Shown piece by piece: positions 21,987 through 32,159 of a stretch of 64,000 nucleotides of DNA. Numbering within the stretch: position 1 is the stretch's first letter; every line of letters begins with the position of its first letter. Origin of the DNA: Cladosporium halotolerans (taxonomy: Eukaryota); the NCBI RefSeq assembly GCF_011745625.1, contig NW_027191472.1, positions 186,001 to 250,000 of the forward strand. The letters are read 5' to 3'. Under the pieces are notes generated by a model that did not search any database, was not told the DNA's origin, and was given only the letters and a program-made list of their open reading frames with translations. The translations under genes were made by a program, and so were the position numbers.

Positions 21987-22603
21987 ATGCCTCCCTCCCC
22001 AGCCCGCCTCATAAAATTCGGCCCCTTCACCGTAACCTCCCAAGTAAGCCCCTCCTCCACTTCCCCCCACCACAGCCCTCTCAATCTAACACCGCGCAGG
22101 TCTTCCACACAACCCCCCACACCTTCGCGCTCGTAAACCTCAAGCCCCTCCTGCCCGGCCACATCCTCGTCTGCCCGCTCACGCAGCACAAATTCCTCAC
22201 CGACCTCTCCCCGCCCGAACTCTCCGACCTCTTCCTCACCGTCACGCGCGTGCAGCGCACGCTCAAGCGCCTCTACGGCGCGCCGGCGTTCAACATCGCG
22301 GTTCAAGATGGCGCGGAATCCGGACAGAGCGTGCCGCACGTGCATGTGCATGTCATTCCGCGCAAAGCTGGGGATGGCGGCGAGGGGGATAAGGTGCATG
22401 AGTGGTTGGAGGGCGAGGAGGGGGACGTTGGGGGGCATTTGAGGGAGAGGGATGGGGGTGCTGGGGCTGGGAGTCAGCGGGGGAAGGGCGAGTGGGCAAA
22501 GGATGAGGATAGGAAGCCGAGGAGTATGGAGGAGATGGAGGCGGAGGCGGGGTGGTTAAGGGGGGAGATGGAGAAGGATGCGGGTGGTGAGGGGCGGTTG
22601 TGA
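21987..22603 (+). CDS. HNT2: HIT-family dinucleoside triphosphate hydrolase (Fhit/Hnt2); exons 21987-22043, 22100-22603
   Basis: MPPSPARLIKFGPFTVTSQ|VF; VNLKPLLPGHILVCP; NIAVQDGAESGQSVPHVHVHVIPR (histidine triad); RKPRSMEEMEAEA. Intron GTAAGC...CTAAC...CAG. Confidence 0.93.
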
Positions 22604-23081
22604 GGGGTGAAGAAGAGGACTATGGTGAACAGATGAGGCATATGATATATTATAGACGGGCTCAGAGACAATCAGAGGGCATCGTTGTGCTCTCGGGGTG
22701 TTTGGCGCAACCCATGTCGAATCCATGGTTTTGGGCGGCACTGTTCCTTTGCTGCCAGCGTCTCAGAGCAACTTATGAAATTTGGAGGCGACTGGAAGGG
22801 CATGTACAAATCATAGCTCTGGTGCATACTGTGGAAGAAAAACAACAGCCTTTGGGTCTCGGCGCAGCCTGTACACCATCGAAAGAGATCCGGCGCCTTG
22901 CTCGCAGTGCTTCCCATCTCCCGCTTGCTGCCCAAATCGGAATTCTTTTCCCGCAGTTCCCGCATTATTCCTGAACTAAACAAAACAACAAAACGCCAGT
23001 ATCCGTGCAAAGGTCATACGCGTGTCGGTCGGAGGTGATGAAAAAGAGACGACAAGAAAAAAGGAGTTTCAATCTCCTCGC

Positions 23082-23864
23082 TCAGTTCGCCAGGATCGTC
23101 TTGACCATGTCTGTCGCGTATCGTCGTCAGCAAGATGTCTCGTAATTTCCAGTCTGCAACGGCACAACTCACCCATGTAGTTCAGCTCGCCCGAGCTGGT
23201 ATCCACAGCCTTGAGCAGCTCGTCGACCTCCTCGTCGCTCATCTTCTCGCCCAGGTTCGTGAGGATGTAGCGGAACTGGCCGACGCCGATGAAGCCCGTG
23301 AGCTCCTTGTCGAAGACCTGGAAGCCGCGGCAGTACTCCTCGGGCTCGCCGGGGTCGCGGAAGCCGCCGGGGCGGTTGAGGACGCGGGAGAAGTTGTCGA
23401 AGTCGACTGTCGCGCGGATCTTGTCAGTCCTTGTGTTTTTTTCTTTGTGGATTCTGCGTTTTGCTCTTACAGTCGCCGCCCATCTGGCTCTCAAGATCCT
23501 TGATCTCGGCCAGGGTGGGGTTCTGGCCACAGGCGCGCAGGAGGTCGCCCAGGTCGGGGAGAGCGACACGGCCGTTGCCGCGCTTGTCGAAGAGGGAGAA
23601 GGCCTCCTTGAAGTTGGTGCTTTGCGCCTGTTGGTCGGACATGGTGCGTCAGTGGACTGTGTGTTTTGCGGGTGGATGGAGTGGTTGTGCGCGGAGGAGT
23701 GAAGTGATTGTGATGGTGCTTCAAGGAGTGCGGCGGCGCGGGAGTGTGTTGACGGGGTGTTGTTGACGGTCCGCTGCGGTGATTTGGCTTTCGCCGGGTC
23801 CCTCGCAGGTCTGGTGTGGTCGCACGCTCGGAAGGGCCGCTGCAGGGTCTTGTTTACGTACCAT
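23082..23864 (-). CDS. cdc4: Myosin light chain (Cdc4/Mlc1-type EF-hand protein); multi-exon, start either at 23864 (ATG-only exon) or 23642
   Basis: STNFKEAFSLFDKRG, LGDLLRACGQNPTLAEI, GFQVFDKELTGFIGVGQFRYILTNLGEKMSDEEVDELLK, end YMDMVKTILAN*. Introns 23628-23861, 23407-23470 and 23111-23172. Confidence 0.92.
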
Positions 23865-24258
23865 TTGTGCCGAGTGGGGGAGCTTTGAGTTTGGTGTTTG
23901 TTGGTAGGCGGGGTCTTGGTGTAGGTATTGTTTGCAGTGAGAGTGTAGTCTGGTATAGACGAACGAGCGGTCTCAGCAAGGGAAACTGAGGGAGAGTCCA
24001 GTCGTGGCGGCAAGCGTAATGTGGGATGGGCTCGCAGGGGGCGGTTGGTGGCTCTGCACGCCGGGCGTTGCCCATGCCTACGCCCGCCATGCAGGGCTGT
24101 TGCACTCCGGATGTATCCACTATCGTCTTGCAGATGCTCGATGACGACGATCGCTGCATTGTTCGACGACTGAATAATCGAATTGTACCGAAAATTGATG
24201 AGCTTAAATGTACAGCCAATTACTAAACCACCAAATACCAATAGTCGACTCGCCTGCC

Positions 24259-25205
24259 TCACTTCCTCCTCGCCATCACCAATGCAGAACCCCACTCAAT
24301 CCTGACCAGATTCTCATCATTCGCAAACCACTCGTCCTCCTTCGCTATCAACTCAAACATCTCATCCATCACATCCCCTTCCCCGCCCCTAATCCTCGCC
24401 ACCATCCCCGGATGCGCCTCCATCCACCCGTGATAACTGCTCCAAGTCCTCACGTACTCCTTGACCTCTCCAACACTCACCTCCCTCTCCATAAACCGCG
24501 TCCCCTCACCACTCCCCGCCCCCTGCGTCCCGGGCTCATACTCCACCCTCCGCACATCCTCCCACTCCCCCTCCGGCGGCACAATCACCCGCAGCTTGTC
24601 CTGCACGTAGGACCGCCCGGGCTGCGGCCAGTACGAGCCCAGCAGGTCCGGGTGCGGGTCGTACGCGTAGCGCTGCATGATCTCCGTCGCTTTGGGGAAG
24701 TCGACGAAGACGTGGTCCTTGTAGCCGAAGAACGCGAGCGTGCCGCCGGGGCGCACGATGCGCGACATCTCGGGCCACAGCGCGGCGTAGTCGAACCAGT
24801 GCGCTGCTTGCGCGGCGACGACGGCGTCCACGCTGCTGGGCGCGAGGTGCGAGGAGCCGGTTTCGGCACTGCCGCGGGCGAAGGTGAGGTTGGCGTATTG
24901 GGATGAGGGGGAGTTTTGGTTCGCTTGGGTTATCATGCCCGGGCTGGGATCTGTGCCGAGGCCGCGAGTGAAGTGCTTGCTGAGTTCGCGGGTCATGATG
25001 CCCGTGCCGCAGCCGAGGTCGAGGCAGAAGTTTTTGGGGCCATGGTGGTAGGCGAGGATGGCGTTGTAGAGGGATTGTGGGTAGGAGGGGCGGAAGGCGG
25101 CGTAGGAAGCGGCGGAGAAGGTCGATTTCCTTGGTTGCTATTAGAAGAGTAGATTGTTTGGAAAGAGGGAAGTGGCCGGAAGTACACCTACGCGAATGTC
25201 GCCAT
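24259..25205 (-). CDS. Class I SAM-dependent methyltransferase (trans-aconitate methyltransferase Tmt1/Crg1-like)
   Basis: Spliced start MATFA|KSTFSAASYAAFRPSYP via intron 25130-25191 (AAG acceptor). Motif I LDLGCGTG; AAQAAHWFD; RPGGTLAF; YVRTWSSY. Confidence 0.9.
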
Positions 25206-25524
25206 GGTATTGACTAGAGTAGGCGCGAAGCCTCAGATGCTATTATTATGCTAGCAATCACCAGTCTCTCAAGTGGGTCACCAGTAAATATATATACAAG
25301 TGATCGCAATAAGCATCCCGTCCGACATCGGTCTCTCGTGCATCCTCCTGTATCGAAGTCGGCGTCTGCACATCAAGCAGACAGAGCCTCGGCACGCGAG
25401 CTGACATCATCCAGCCATCGCGCGCGCGCCGATCACATCATCGCAAACCACCAACCGCTCTCTCAATCCTGGCGCATCCCATCAACTTGCCCTACCACAT
25501 CCTCAGGGTATACCACGCAGTACA

Positions 25525-26043
25525 ATGCCCACAACCCGCTCCTCCACAAGACCCGCCGCCCCAGAACCAACAATGCAAACCGCCGCCCGCGCCTTCCTCT
25601 CCTCGCCCTCCTTCGCCGTCGCCGGCGCCTCCTCCAACCCCGCCAAATACGGCCACATCCTCTTCACCTGGTACCTGTCGCACTCGCTGCCCGTCACGCC
25701 CCTAAATCCCTCTTCGCCCTCAATCACAATCCCCTCGCACCCCCAGCCCAAATCCCACGCCACCGTTCCCTCGCCCTCGGCGCTCCCGCATCCGGGCCAG
25801 ACGGCGCTGAGCATCGTGACGCCGCCTGCGGTTACGAGTAAGGTACTGAAGGAGGCGAGGGATGCGGGTGTTAGGGCGGTGTGGTTGCAGCCGGGGAGTT
25901 TCGGGGAAGAGGAGCTGGCTTATGCGGAGAGGGAGTGGCCCGGTAGGGCTGTGGGGGGTTTTGGGGAGGGGACGAGGGGTGCGGAGGGGTGGTGTTTGCT
26001 TGTTGATGGGGAGGCGGCTATGAGGGGAAGGGAGAAGATGTGA
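25525..26043 (+). CDS. CoA-binding domain protein (YccU-like Rossmann fold)
   Basis: FAVAGASSNPAKYG, VTPLNP, SIVTPP, AVWLQPG and GWCLLVDG. The second ATG (MQTAAR, 25573) is an alternative start. Confidence 0.88.
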   Translation: MPTTRSSTRPAAPEPTMQTAARAFLSSPSFAVAGASSNPAKYGHILFTWYLSHSLPVTPLNPSSPSITIPSHPQPKSHATVPSPSALPHPGQTALSIVTPPAVTSKVLKEARDAGVRAVWLQPGSFGEEELAYAEREWPGRAVGGFGEGTRGAEGWCLLVDGEAAMRGREKM

Positions 26044-26407
26044 GGGTTAGCAGACTGAGGGAGACGGGATGGCTTTCGGTGCAGAGGGGGATGTGTTGTG
26101 GTTTGAAAGGGCAGGAAATGAAAGGGAACTTGGAAGGAAAGGAAGTGTGCCGTAAGAGAGTTAGAAGAAAAGTTGCTTTGCAGTGCATAATCTTATGAAC
26201 ACAATAGAAGAACGCCATCATTCATCAGCAGAAAGCCGCAAGCCAAGTCGGAGCAAGACAGGGACCAAACAATCAAGCAGAACAACAACCCAAAGGAAAA
26301 GCTCCACGGCAAGAGCCGTCAATCGCCCAACGGTGGAGATCCGGAAGAAGCATAGGTGAAAGAAGGAGGCAGAGATTGGCGAAGTCGACGAAGGAGGAAG
26401 CTTGTCC

Positions 26408-27427
26408 TCAATGGATCCACTCCTCGGCCTGCGAAGTGTTAGCAAAAGACAAAGCAAACAGGAGAGATCGGCAAGTGGAAGACAGTATCAAACGTACTTT
26501 CAGCTTGATCGGGAAGCAAGCCTCGCCCGAGGCGTCGTCGAACTTGGAGTCCTTCAGCACGTCGGTGTAGAAGAACTGGTAGTCGAGCGGTTCCTTGATC
26601 GCAACGCCAGTCGGCTTTGACGAAGGAGAAGCCTTCTTCAAGTCCAGCTCTTCGCCCTTGTGCATCTCCTCCTGCAGCTCCGGGAAGAAGTCGACGAGCT
26701 CTTTCGGGACCTTCAGGCACATCCAGAAGTGGCCAGGCACCTTCCTGTTGACGAGGTCGTAGGAGGTCTTCTCGCCGTCGCGGACGAGCTGCTAGCCGTC
26801 GCGGCCGACCAGCTCGGCATTCTTCTCGGCGTGGTAGTGGCGCTTGTTGTTGTTGGTAGTGAGCACAGGGCTGAAGACCTTTGGCCTCTTGCCCTGCCAG
26901 AACAGACGCGAGTCGCGGCGGAGCTCGTCGGCCCAGAAACGGAAGTACAGGATGTCCTTGATGGGCGCCGAGTTGTCGGTCTGCAGCATACCCTTCTTGA
27001 GGTTCCAGCGGGGCTGTTGAGGCGGCTTCGTGGTGGCGGCGGTATTGTTATCCGCGTCCGGCTCGCCGATGCGCAGGTTCCAGATGTCCGGGCGGATCTC
27101 CTGCACGTGGATGGCTTCCTTCCAGTGCTCGCCAATGCCGAAGTCGGTCTCCATGAAGAGCTTGAACGACTTGTGGTGATCGGTGGTGTCGTTGAGGGTT
27201 CTTTCGGCTTCCCAGTGGCGGTCGATGTCTTTCGGCCTGTAGCAGGACTGGGTGGGCTTTGGCGCTAGAGTGGGACGCGGGATGGATGTTGGGCTTGTTG
27301 GGCTTGTTGGTAGAGGGGTGTTTGTGACCCAGATGTCAAGAGTCGTGGTTGATGAGATCTTGGTCAAGACGCCTGCCAGGGCAGGGCCGGCGAGGGCCAT
27401 GGAAATGGCCGCGATGTTTACGTGCAT
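26408..27427 (-). pseudogene. Secreted/cell-wall-like protein gene interrupted by one in-frame TAG (26794-26792); pseudogene or recoded gene
   Basis: Signal peptide MHVNIAAISMALAGPALAG and a T/P-rich linker. The frame continues past the TAG for 98 codons (QLVRDGEK...GHFWMC...YQFFY...ACFPIKLK), then a canonical intron 26429-26497 (GTACGT...GCTAAC...CAG) and a final exon AEEWIH*. Confidence 0.7.
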
Positions 27428-27990
27428 GGTGAAGGGCGGAAGTGTTACTGTTGTATTGGCTGCGTGTGGATTGATGGAGGGATGCAATGATCTGATGAAG
27501 TGATGTGCTGCTTGGTCCAATCGATGGATGATGTTGTAGAGAGAACAAGGAGAGACAGGGGAACAAAGTAAAGGACATAGATGAGGGTAACATGTTGAGA
27601 GAAGCAACGGCCTGGTTGCTGCGGTGTTGAGCAAAGAGTGGAAAGTTGAGTGATTTGCCGGGCAAGAGCAGGTCTGTGGAAGCAAGCACGATAGTCGAGC
27701 CATTGCAAGTGCGCCCGACGGGCTTAGTATATTGAGCAAGAGAGGCAGGTGTCTTCAAAATGTTATTACCTGGGTACCTTCTTGCTTTTTATTAGTGGGA
27801 GTCGATGTGGTAGGATTCATAGACCGTAAACGCATTGCCTCCTTCACCGTTCTGGCAACACCGTTTCACACTCCAACAGTTACCACGAGGAGCAGTTCAG
27901 GATAATCGAGCAGGCCTTAACTCCAGACATTTTATTCCGATCCCAGCTGCCAGCAAGAAATCACAGTTCAAGCTGAGCATGTCGGTACGC

Positions 27991-29247
27991 TCATTTCCTC
28001 GCCCTCAACCCAAGCGCCACAGCCCGAAAGTCCGCATCCCCAAGAGAAACATCGCCATTCGAGATCTTCCGACGCTTTGAATCATGCTCTTCGTTTGCCC
28101 CCCTTGCATCTTCTACCAGCTCGTTCGCGCCAAGTTCCTCCATCTTCACATCTTGCCCGCCCTCTCCTTCCATTTGCACATCCTCTCCGCGCTGCTCATC
28201 CTCTCCGCCCTCCTCATCCTTGTCCACATCCGGGTCCGTAGCATTCCCCCAATCGAGCACAATAAACCCTCCCTCGACCTTCTTTACAGCCAGGTCACCG
28301 AAAGTCACCTTACAACTCTCATGCTCATCCCATTCTCGATCCGGCTTGCCGTTCCTCTCCCAGCACCCTGGCCTTCCTCCTTGCCCGATGTGGTGCCGAC
28401 GAACGTCTTGCGGATGTCCGAAGCGCTGTCCGCACCGCGCGTGGATGTAGGGTTTCGTGAGCGGGCGCGAGAGGATGGCACGGCGGGTTGGGTAGATTGT
28501 GTTTGTTGGTGGATCGGTTGAGGCCGGAGGGTCTTTGGCGGATGTGGTGATGTTAGACGTCTGCTTGGGCTCCGAGGAGCGGACGGGCGTGGGCGTGTGT
28601 GTGCTCGAGATCTCGTTTGGCGTATGAATCTGCCCGTCTATTGCTTCCTGGTCTTGCATTTCGATTAAACCGATGCCGCTGGCACGCGGAGGGCTGGCCC
28701 CTGATCGAAACCCATTGATCGGCCTCTTCTTCCTCTGCCTCGATTCCACACCACGACCACCCTCCTTGCCACCCTCACCCTCTCTTCCTCCTCCTCCCAT
28801 TTCCACATCCCCCTCGACACTCCTCTCCAACCACCCCACCCCGTTTCCTCCGCTCGTCCACCCCACCGGCACAAACACCCTCAACTCCCCCAACAACCCC
28901 TCCCCACCTGTCCTCAGCAGCAAGCGATAAGCCGAAGCGTAAAACACAGCCGCATCCGTCCTCCCTTCCAGATACTCCCTGCAGAGACGGTAGAAGAGCT
29001 GCGGCGTGCCGTTGTCGGAGAGGGAGGCGTAGTGGGCGTGCAGGGCGGTGACGAAGGACGCGGCGCGGGCGCGGGCTTGCGTAGTTGTTGGAGTTGAGGG
29101 AGTTGGGGTGGGGAGGTGCGGGTTGGTTGAGGCGGAGCGGAGAGGGAGGGGTTGGGGTAGGGTGGTTGATGCGCTCGGTGGTGTAGTGTTTGAGGTGCGG
29201 CGAGAGGTGGCGTGCTGGGGCGTGTTGCGTTGTGGGTGGGAGGCCAT
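27991..29247 (-). CDS. Hypothetical nuclear protein with a PAH-like helical domain and a degenerate C2H2-like zinc finger
   Basis: 418-aa ORF. Amphipathic segment ASFVTALHAHY...LFYRLCREY...FYASAYRLL...LLGELRVFVP; KPYIHARCGQRFGHPQDVRRHH; basic NLS-like RQRKKRP and SKRRK. Confidence 0.7.
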   Translation of the reverse strand: MASHPQRNTPQHATSRRTSNTTPPSASTTLPQPLPLRSASTNPHLPTPTPSTPTTTQARARAASFVTALHAHYASLSDNGTPQLFYRLCREYLEGRTDAAVFYASAYRLLLRTGGEGLLGELRVFVPVGWTSGGNGVGWLERSVEGDVEMGGGGREGEGGKEGGRGVESRQRKKRPINGFRSGASPPRASGIGLIEMQDQEAIDGQIHTPNEISSTHTPTPVRSSEPKQTSNITTSAKDPPASTDPPTNTIYPTRRAILSRPLTKPYIHARCGQRFGHPQDVRRHHIGQGGRPGCWERNGKPDREWDEHESCKVTFGDLAVKKVEGGFIVLDWGNATDPDVDKDEEGGEDEQRGEDVQMEGEGGQDVKMEELGANELVEDARGANEEHDSKRRKISNGDVSLGDADFRAVALGLRARK

Positions 29248-29390
29248 GGTGGAGAGCGATGTGCAAGGACGCGTGTGTTGTTTGTGGTCGTTTGTGTATG
29301 TGCGTGGGCGTTGAAAGGCGAGGTGAAAGGTCTGTTGTGGGCGGTCGGAAGGAGCATCAAGCGAATAGTGGGGCTGCTGTCAGCCGGCGG

Positions 29391-29410
29391 AGTGAAGTGA
29401 AGTGAAGTGA
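29391..29410. repeat. (AGTGA)4 pentanucleotide microsatellite
   Basis: agtgaagtgaagtgaagtga read directly, upstream of the PAH-like gene. Confidence 0.85.
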
Positions 29411-29710
29411 GTTCAGGCAGCCGAGGGAGACTCGCCGGCTTCAGCATACCAGCAGAAACTGCAAAGGACACGAGCAGGAAAGCAGCAGCAGAAAGCTTCA
29501 ACTTCGAAAATCTTACAATGTCTACTTGTACTCGATCATAGAGCTGTACTTCGCGCCGTTCTATCTCGAGTTGGAAGACTCGCGGTCGCTGGGAAATCTA
29601 GATCCGCATGAGTGCAACAAGAGTCTCTGGGTATCGTACCCCATTTTCGAGCCTTCGAAAAACGCCACCCAACCTGAAACGCCGCATTCTTTACCTCTGA
29701 GCAGCAAGGC

Positions 29711-31300
29711 TTAGTGTGCCTTGTTTTGCCTCGCGAGCCACAAGCCCACACTCTCCCTAGCGATCTGGCTGCCCCAAAGGCCGTCCTCGCCACCTTTCCT
29801 CCATTCCTCGCTCGCGCCCTCCTCACCGAGCCCACCGCTTCCACCGCCGCGAGTGGCCTCTGCAAGGATGACCTCAAGATCACGCTGCTGTGAAGAGACC
29901 CATCGCTTGACGAAGCTGGCCGGGTCCTTGGCGAGGTTCTCGTAGAACTTACGCTTGGCGTTTGTCTGGTTGAGTTTCTGCACGAGCAGAGCGAGGTCGT
30001 CGTCTGTGCGGACGATGGACTGCAAGTCTGCAAGGTGGGATTTCGAAGTTGCGTATTTGTGGATTTGGTAAGCGGTTGGGTTGGGGAGGGGCACGCGGAT
30101 GTCGTAGATTGTGGGTGTCGAGGGCTTGGTTTCGCTGTCGCTCGCGGGGGAGATGTAGGGCTTGTCGACGCGGATGGTGTAGTTGAGTTTAATGGGCGGG
30201 AGAGGGCGGAGATGGGGTTGTAGGATGTCGGGGAGGTAGGGGAATGAGAGCTTCTCTTGGTGGAAGAGCTGGGCGATGTCAGTACTCGTATTTTCAGGAG
30301 CGTCCGTTTCAAAACCTACTTTTCGCAATGGCTCGTCACACACGATGGTTCTCTTGTCATCGTCCTCCTGCAGGTGCATTGCGCGCGCGTACTCCCAGAT
30401 ACCCTGCACAGCACCCAGCATGTCTTCCTCCTCACTATCGAGGATCTCAGCCAGGCCAGGGCTCAGCTTGTAGCGCTCCCTCTCGGTGTCTCTCAGCATG
30501 CTGATTGTCACATTGATGTTCTCATCGCCCTTGCGCTCAAATTCAAGCTTGTCGAAGCTGTTCTCTGACGAATTCGGATCATAGTTTGGGTTCGGGTTCT
30601 GCGGATTGGGCGGTTGCTGCTTTTTCCACTCGATTTGCGAGTAGCCGTCGGGCATGAGTGCAGGATTCCGGTGGAGGTCAATGGTGATGGCCTTGAAGAA
30701 CGTGCTGAGGCGCGGCCTCTTGTCCGGACTGGGCTTGTCTTCCTCCAGCTCCTCCGGATCCTCCAGCAAACGGCCCTCGATCTTGACGCGGAATGTCGCC
30801 TGGCTGTTCTCGCCCAGGTCGAAGATGCCATCTTCACCCATTCCACTGCCGTCCTCCATGACCTGCCACGGCTGGCCCTCGGCCGTGTTTGAGACCCACA
30901 CTCTCAGCACTCCCTCCCTGCGCGCATACTCTCTCTGCGCGTTGTCCATGACATCCAGCCTCTTGCGCATCATCACCGCATCAAGCCTCTTCTCCACGTC
31001 CCTCAACTTCTTGTACCTCTGAACTCCATCGCCAACAATCACCTCTCCGACATCCTCCGAAATATCGCGGTCCGTCGGCTTCCTGCTCTGTCTGCGCGCC
31101 AAATCGCCGCGGCGCGCTGCCTCGATCTGTTGCGCCTGCATCTGCGCGGCGGTCATCTGCGGCTGCTGGCTGGGGTGTGTAGGAGGGGCGACCATGGGTC
31201 CTGCGTTGCGATAGGTGGCCATCAGGTCAGCGTGGCTAATCTTGCGACGGTGCGAAGATTGGGGCGTGGTGAATTGGACGCTGCTGCCGCGGCGGTCCAT
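29711..31300 (-). CDS. SWI/SNF-RSC complex SWIB-domain subunit (Snf12/Rsc6/Ssr3, BAF60 family)
   Basis: RKPTDRDI, VEKRLDAVMMRKRLD, LRVWVSNT, FRVKIEGRLL; SWIB segment YKLSPGLAEILD...GIWEYARAMHLQEDDDKRTIVCDEPLRK; WVSSQQRDLEVI. 51-nt in-frame intron at 30269-30319. Confidence 0.93.
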   Translation of the reverse strand: MDRRGSSVQFTTPQSSHRRKISHADLMATYRNAGPMVAPPTHPSQQPQMTAAQMQAQQIEAARRGDLARRQSRKPTDRDISEDVGEVIVGDGVQRYKKLRDVEKRLDAVMMRKRLDVMDNAQREYARREGVLRVWVSNTAEGQPWQVMEDGSGMGEDGIFDLGENSQATFRVKIEGRLLEDPEELEEDKPSPDKRPRLSTFFKAITIDLHRNPALMPDGYSQIEWKKQQPPNPQNPNPNYDPNSSENSFDKLEFERKGDENINVTISMLRDTERERYKLSPGLAEILDSEEEDMLGAVQGIWEYARAMHLQEDDDKRTIVCDEPLRKVGFETDAPENTSTDIAQLFHQEKLSFPYLPDILQPHLRPLPPIKLNYTIRVDKPYISPASDSETKPSTPTIYDIRVPLPNPTAYQIHKYATSKSHLADLQSIVRTDDDLALLVQKLNQTNAKRKFYENLAKDPASFVKRWVSSQQRDLEVILAEATRGGGSGGLGEEGASEEWRKGGEDGLWGSQIARESVGLWLARQNKAH

Positions 31301-32159
31301 CGCGGTGGTGGGAGTGCTGCTGGGCCGTCGCGCGGGCTAGCAGACGGGCCAGACGCGTGTGGGGCACGCGCGTTGCGGTGGTCGCAGAGGGAGTGCGCGC
31401 GCGCAGTGGGCAGAGGAGTGGATGGGATGTATGGCGAGGATCACGTACCAGGGCCCCGTCGCGCCTGAGTAGCATGCGGACTGCGCTGCTGGCTCGCTTG
31501 GGAGAAATTTCGATAGTGCTGCATGCTGGCTGCGCCGGGCGATCACGCGCTGAGCGCCAAGAGGAGAGAGGAGGCAGGAGGCTGCTGCTGGCTGCGGTGG
31601 TGCTAATGCGACAACGAGGGTGATGGCGGGCGGTATGGGATGGGATTGATGATGACGGGAATAGTGCAGTGAGGTCGGCAAGTTATGCAGCGGCGCGTCG
31701 CGTTCGGGGACTGGAGGTGCATAAGTAGGGACAAGCGAGATTGGTGAGGGGAGGGGTTGTCTCGTGTCACCTTTGGCTCCGCGTGGCTGGTGCGCTGTGA
31801 GTGAGGGAATACACCTGACTCTACCAACACCTTAAGGTGATGATGAACAATCGGACCAATTTTCAATAGAATTAAAACCGCAGGGAAAACAACAGCAATG
31901 CATCCGCTATCTTCCATCACTGCCCATATAGCAAGCGTCAAGCCTCGCGCGTCCCGGCCGATCTTCAATTGCTTAGCTCGACCCATCATGCATCATGCAT
32001 TAATATCCTAGGGTTCCTGTACCGAGGATAGCTTCCATCGATTACGACGTCACATCTTCGTATCTTCCTATACTATTGAACAGCTTACCAGATTACACCC
32101 CACCTTCGCCTTACTCAATCCATTATCACAATCTTGATACTTCCCGCTCAGCATCCACC

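Noticed and set aside
23069..24295. 408-aa minus-strand ORF containing an EF-hand segment
   Set aside because: An artefact of reading through promoter and introns into one exon of the myosin light chain; the spliced model explains the conserved part.
26660..27268. 202-aa plus-strand ORF spanning the premature TAG locus
   Set aside because: Antisense shadow of the codon-biased minus-strand gene, whose signal peptide and intron identify the true strand.
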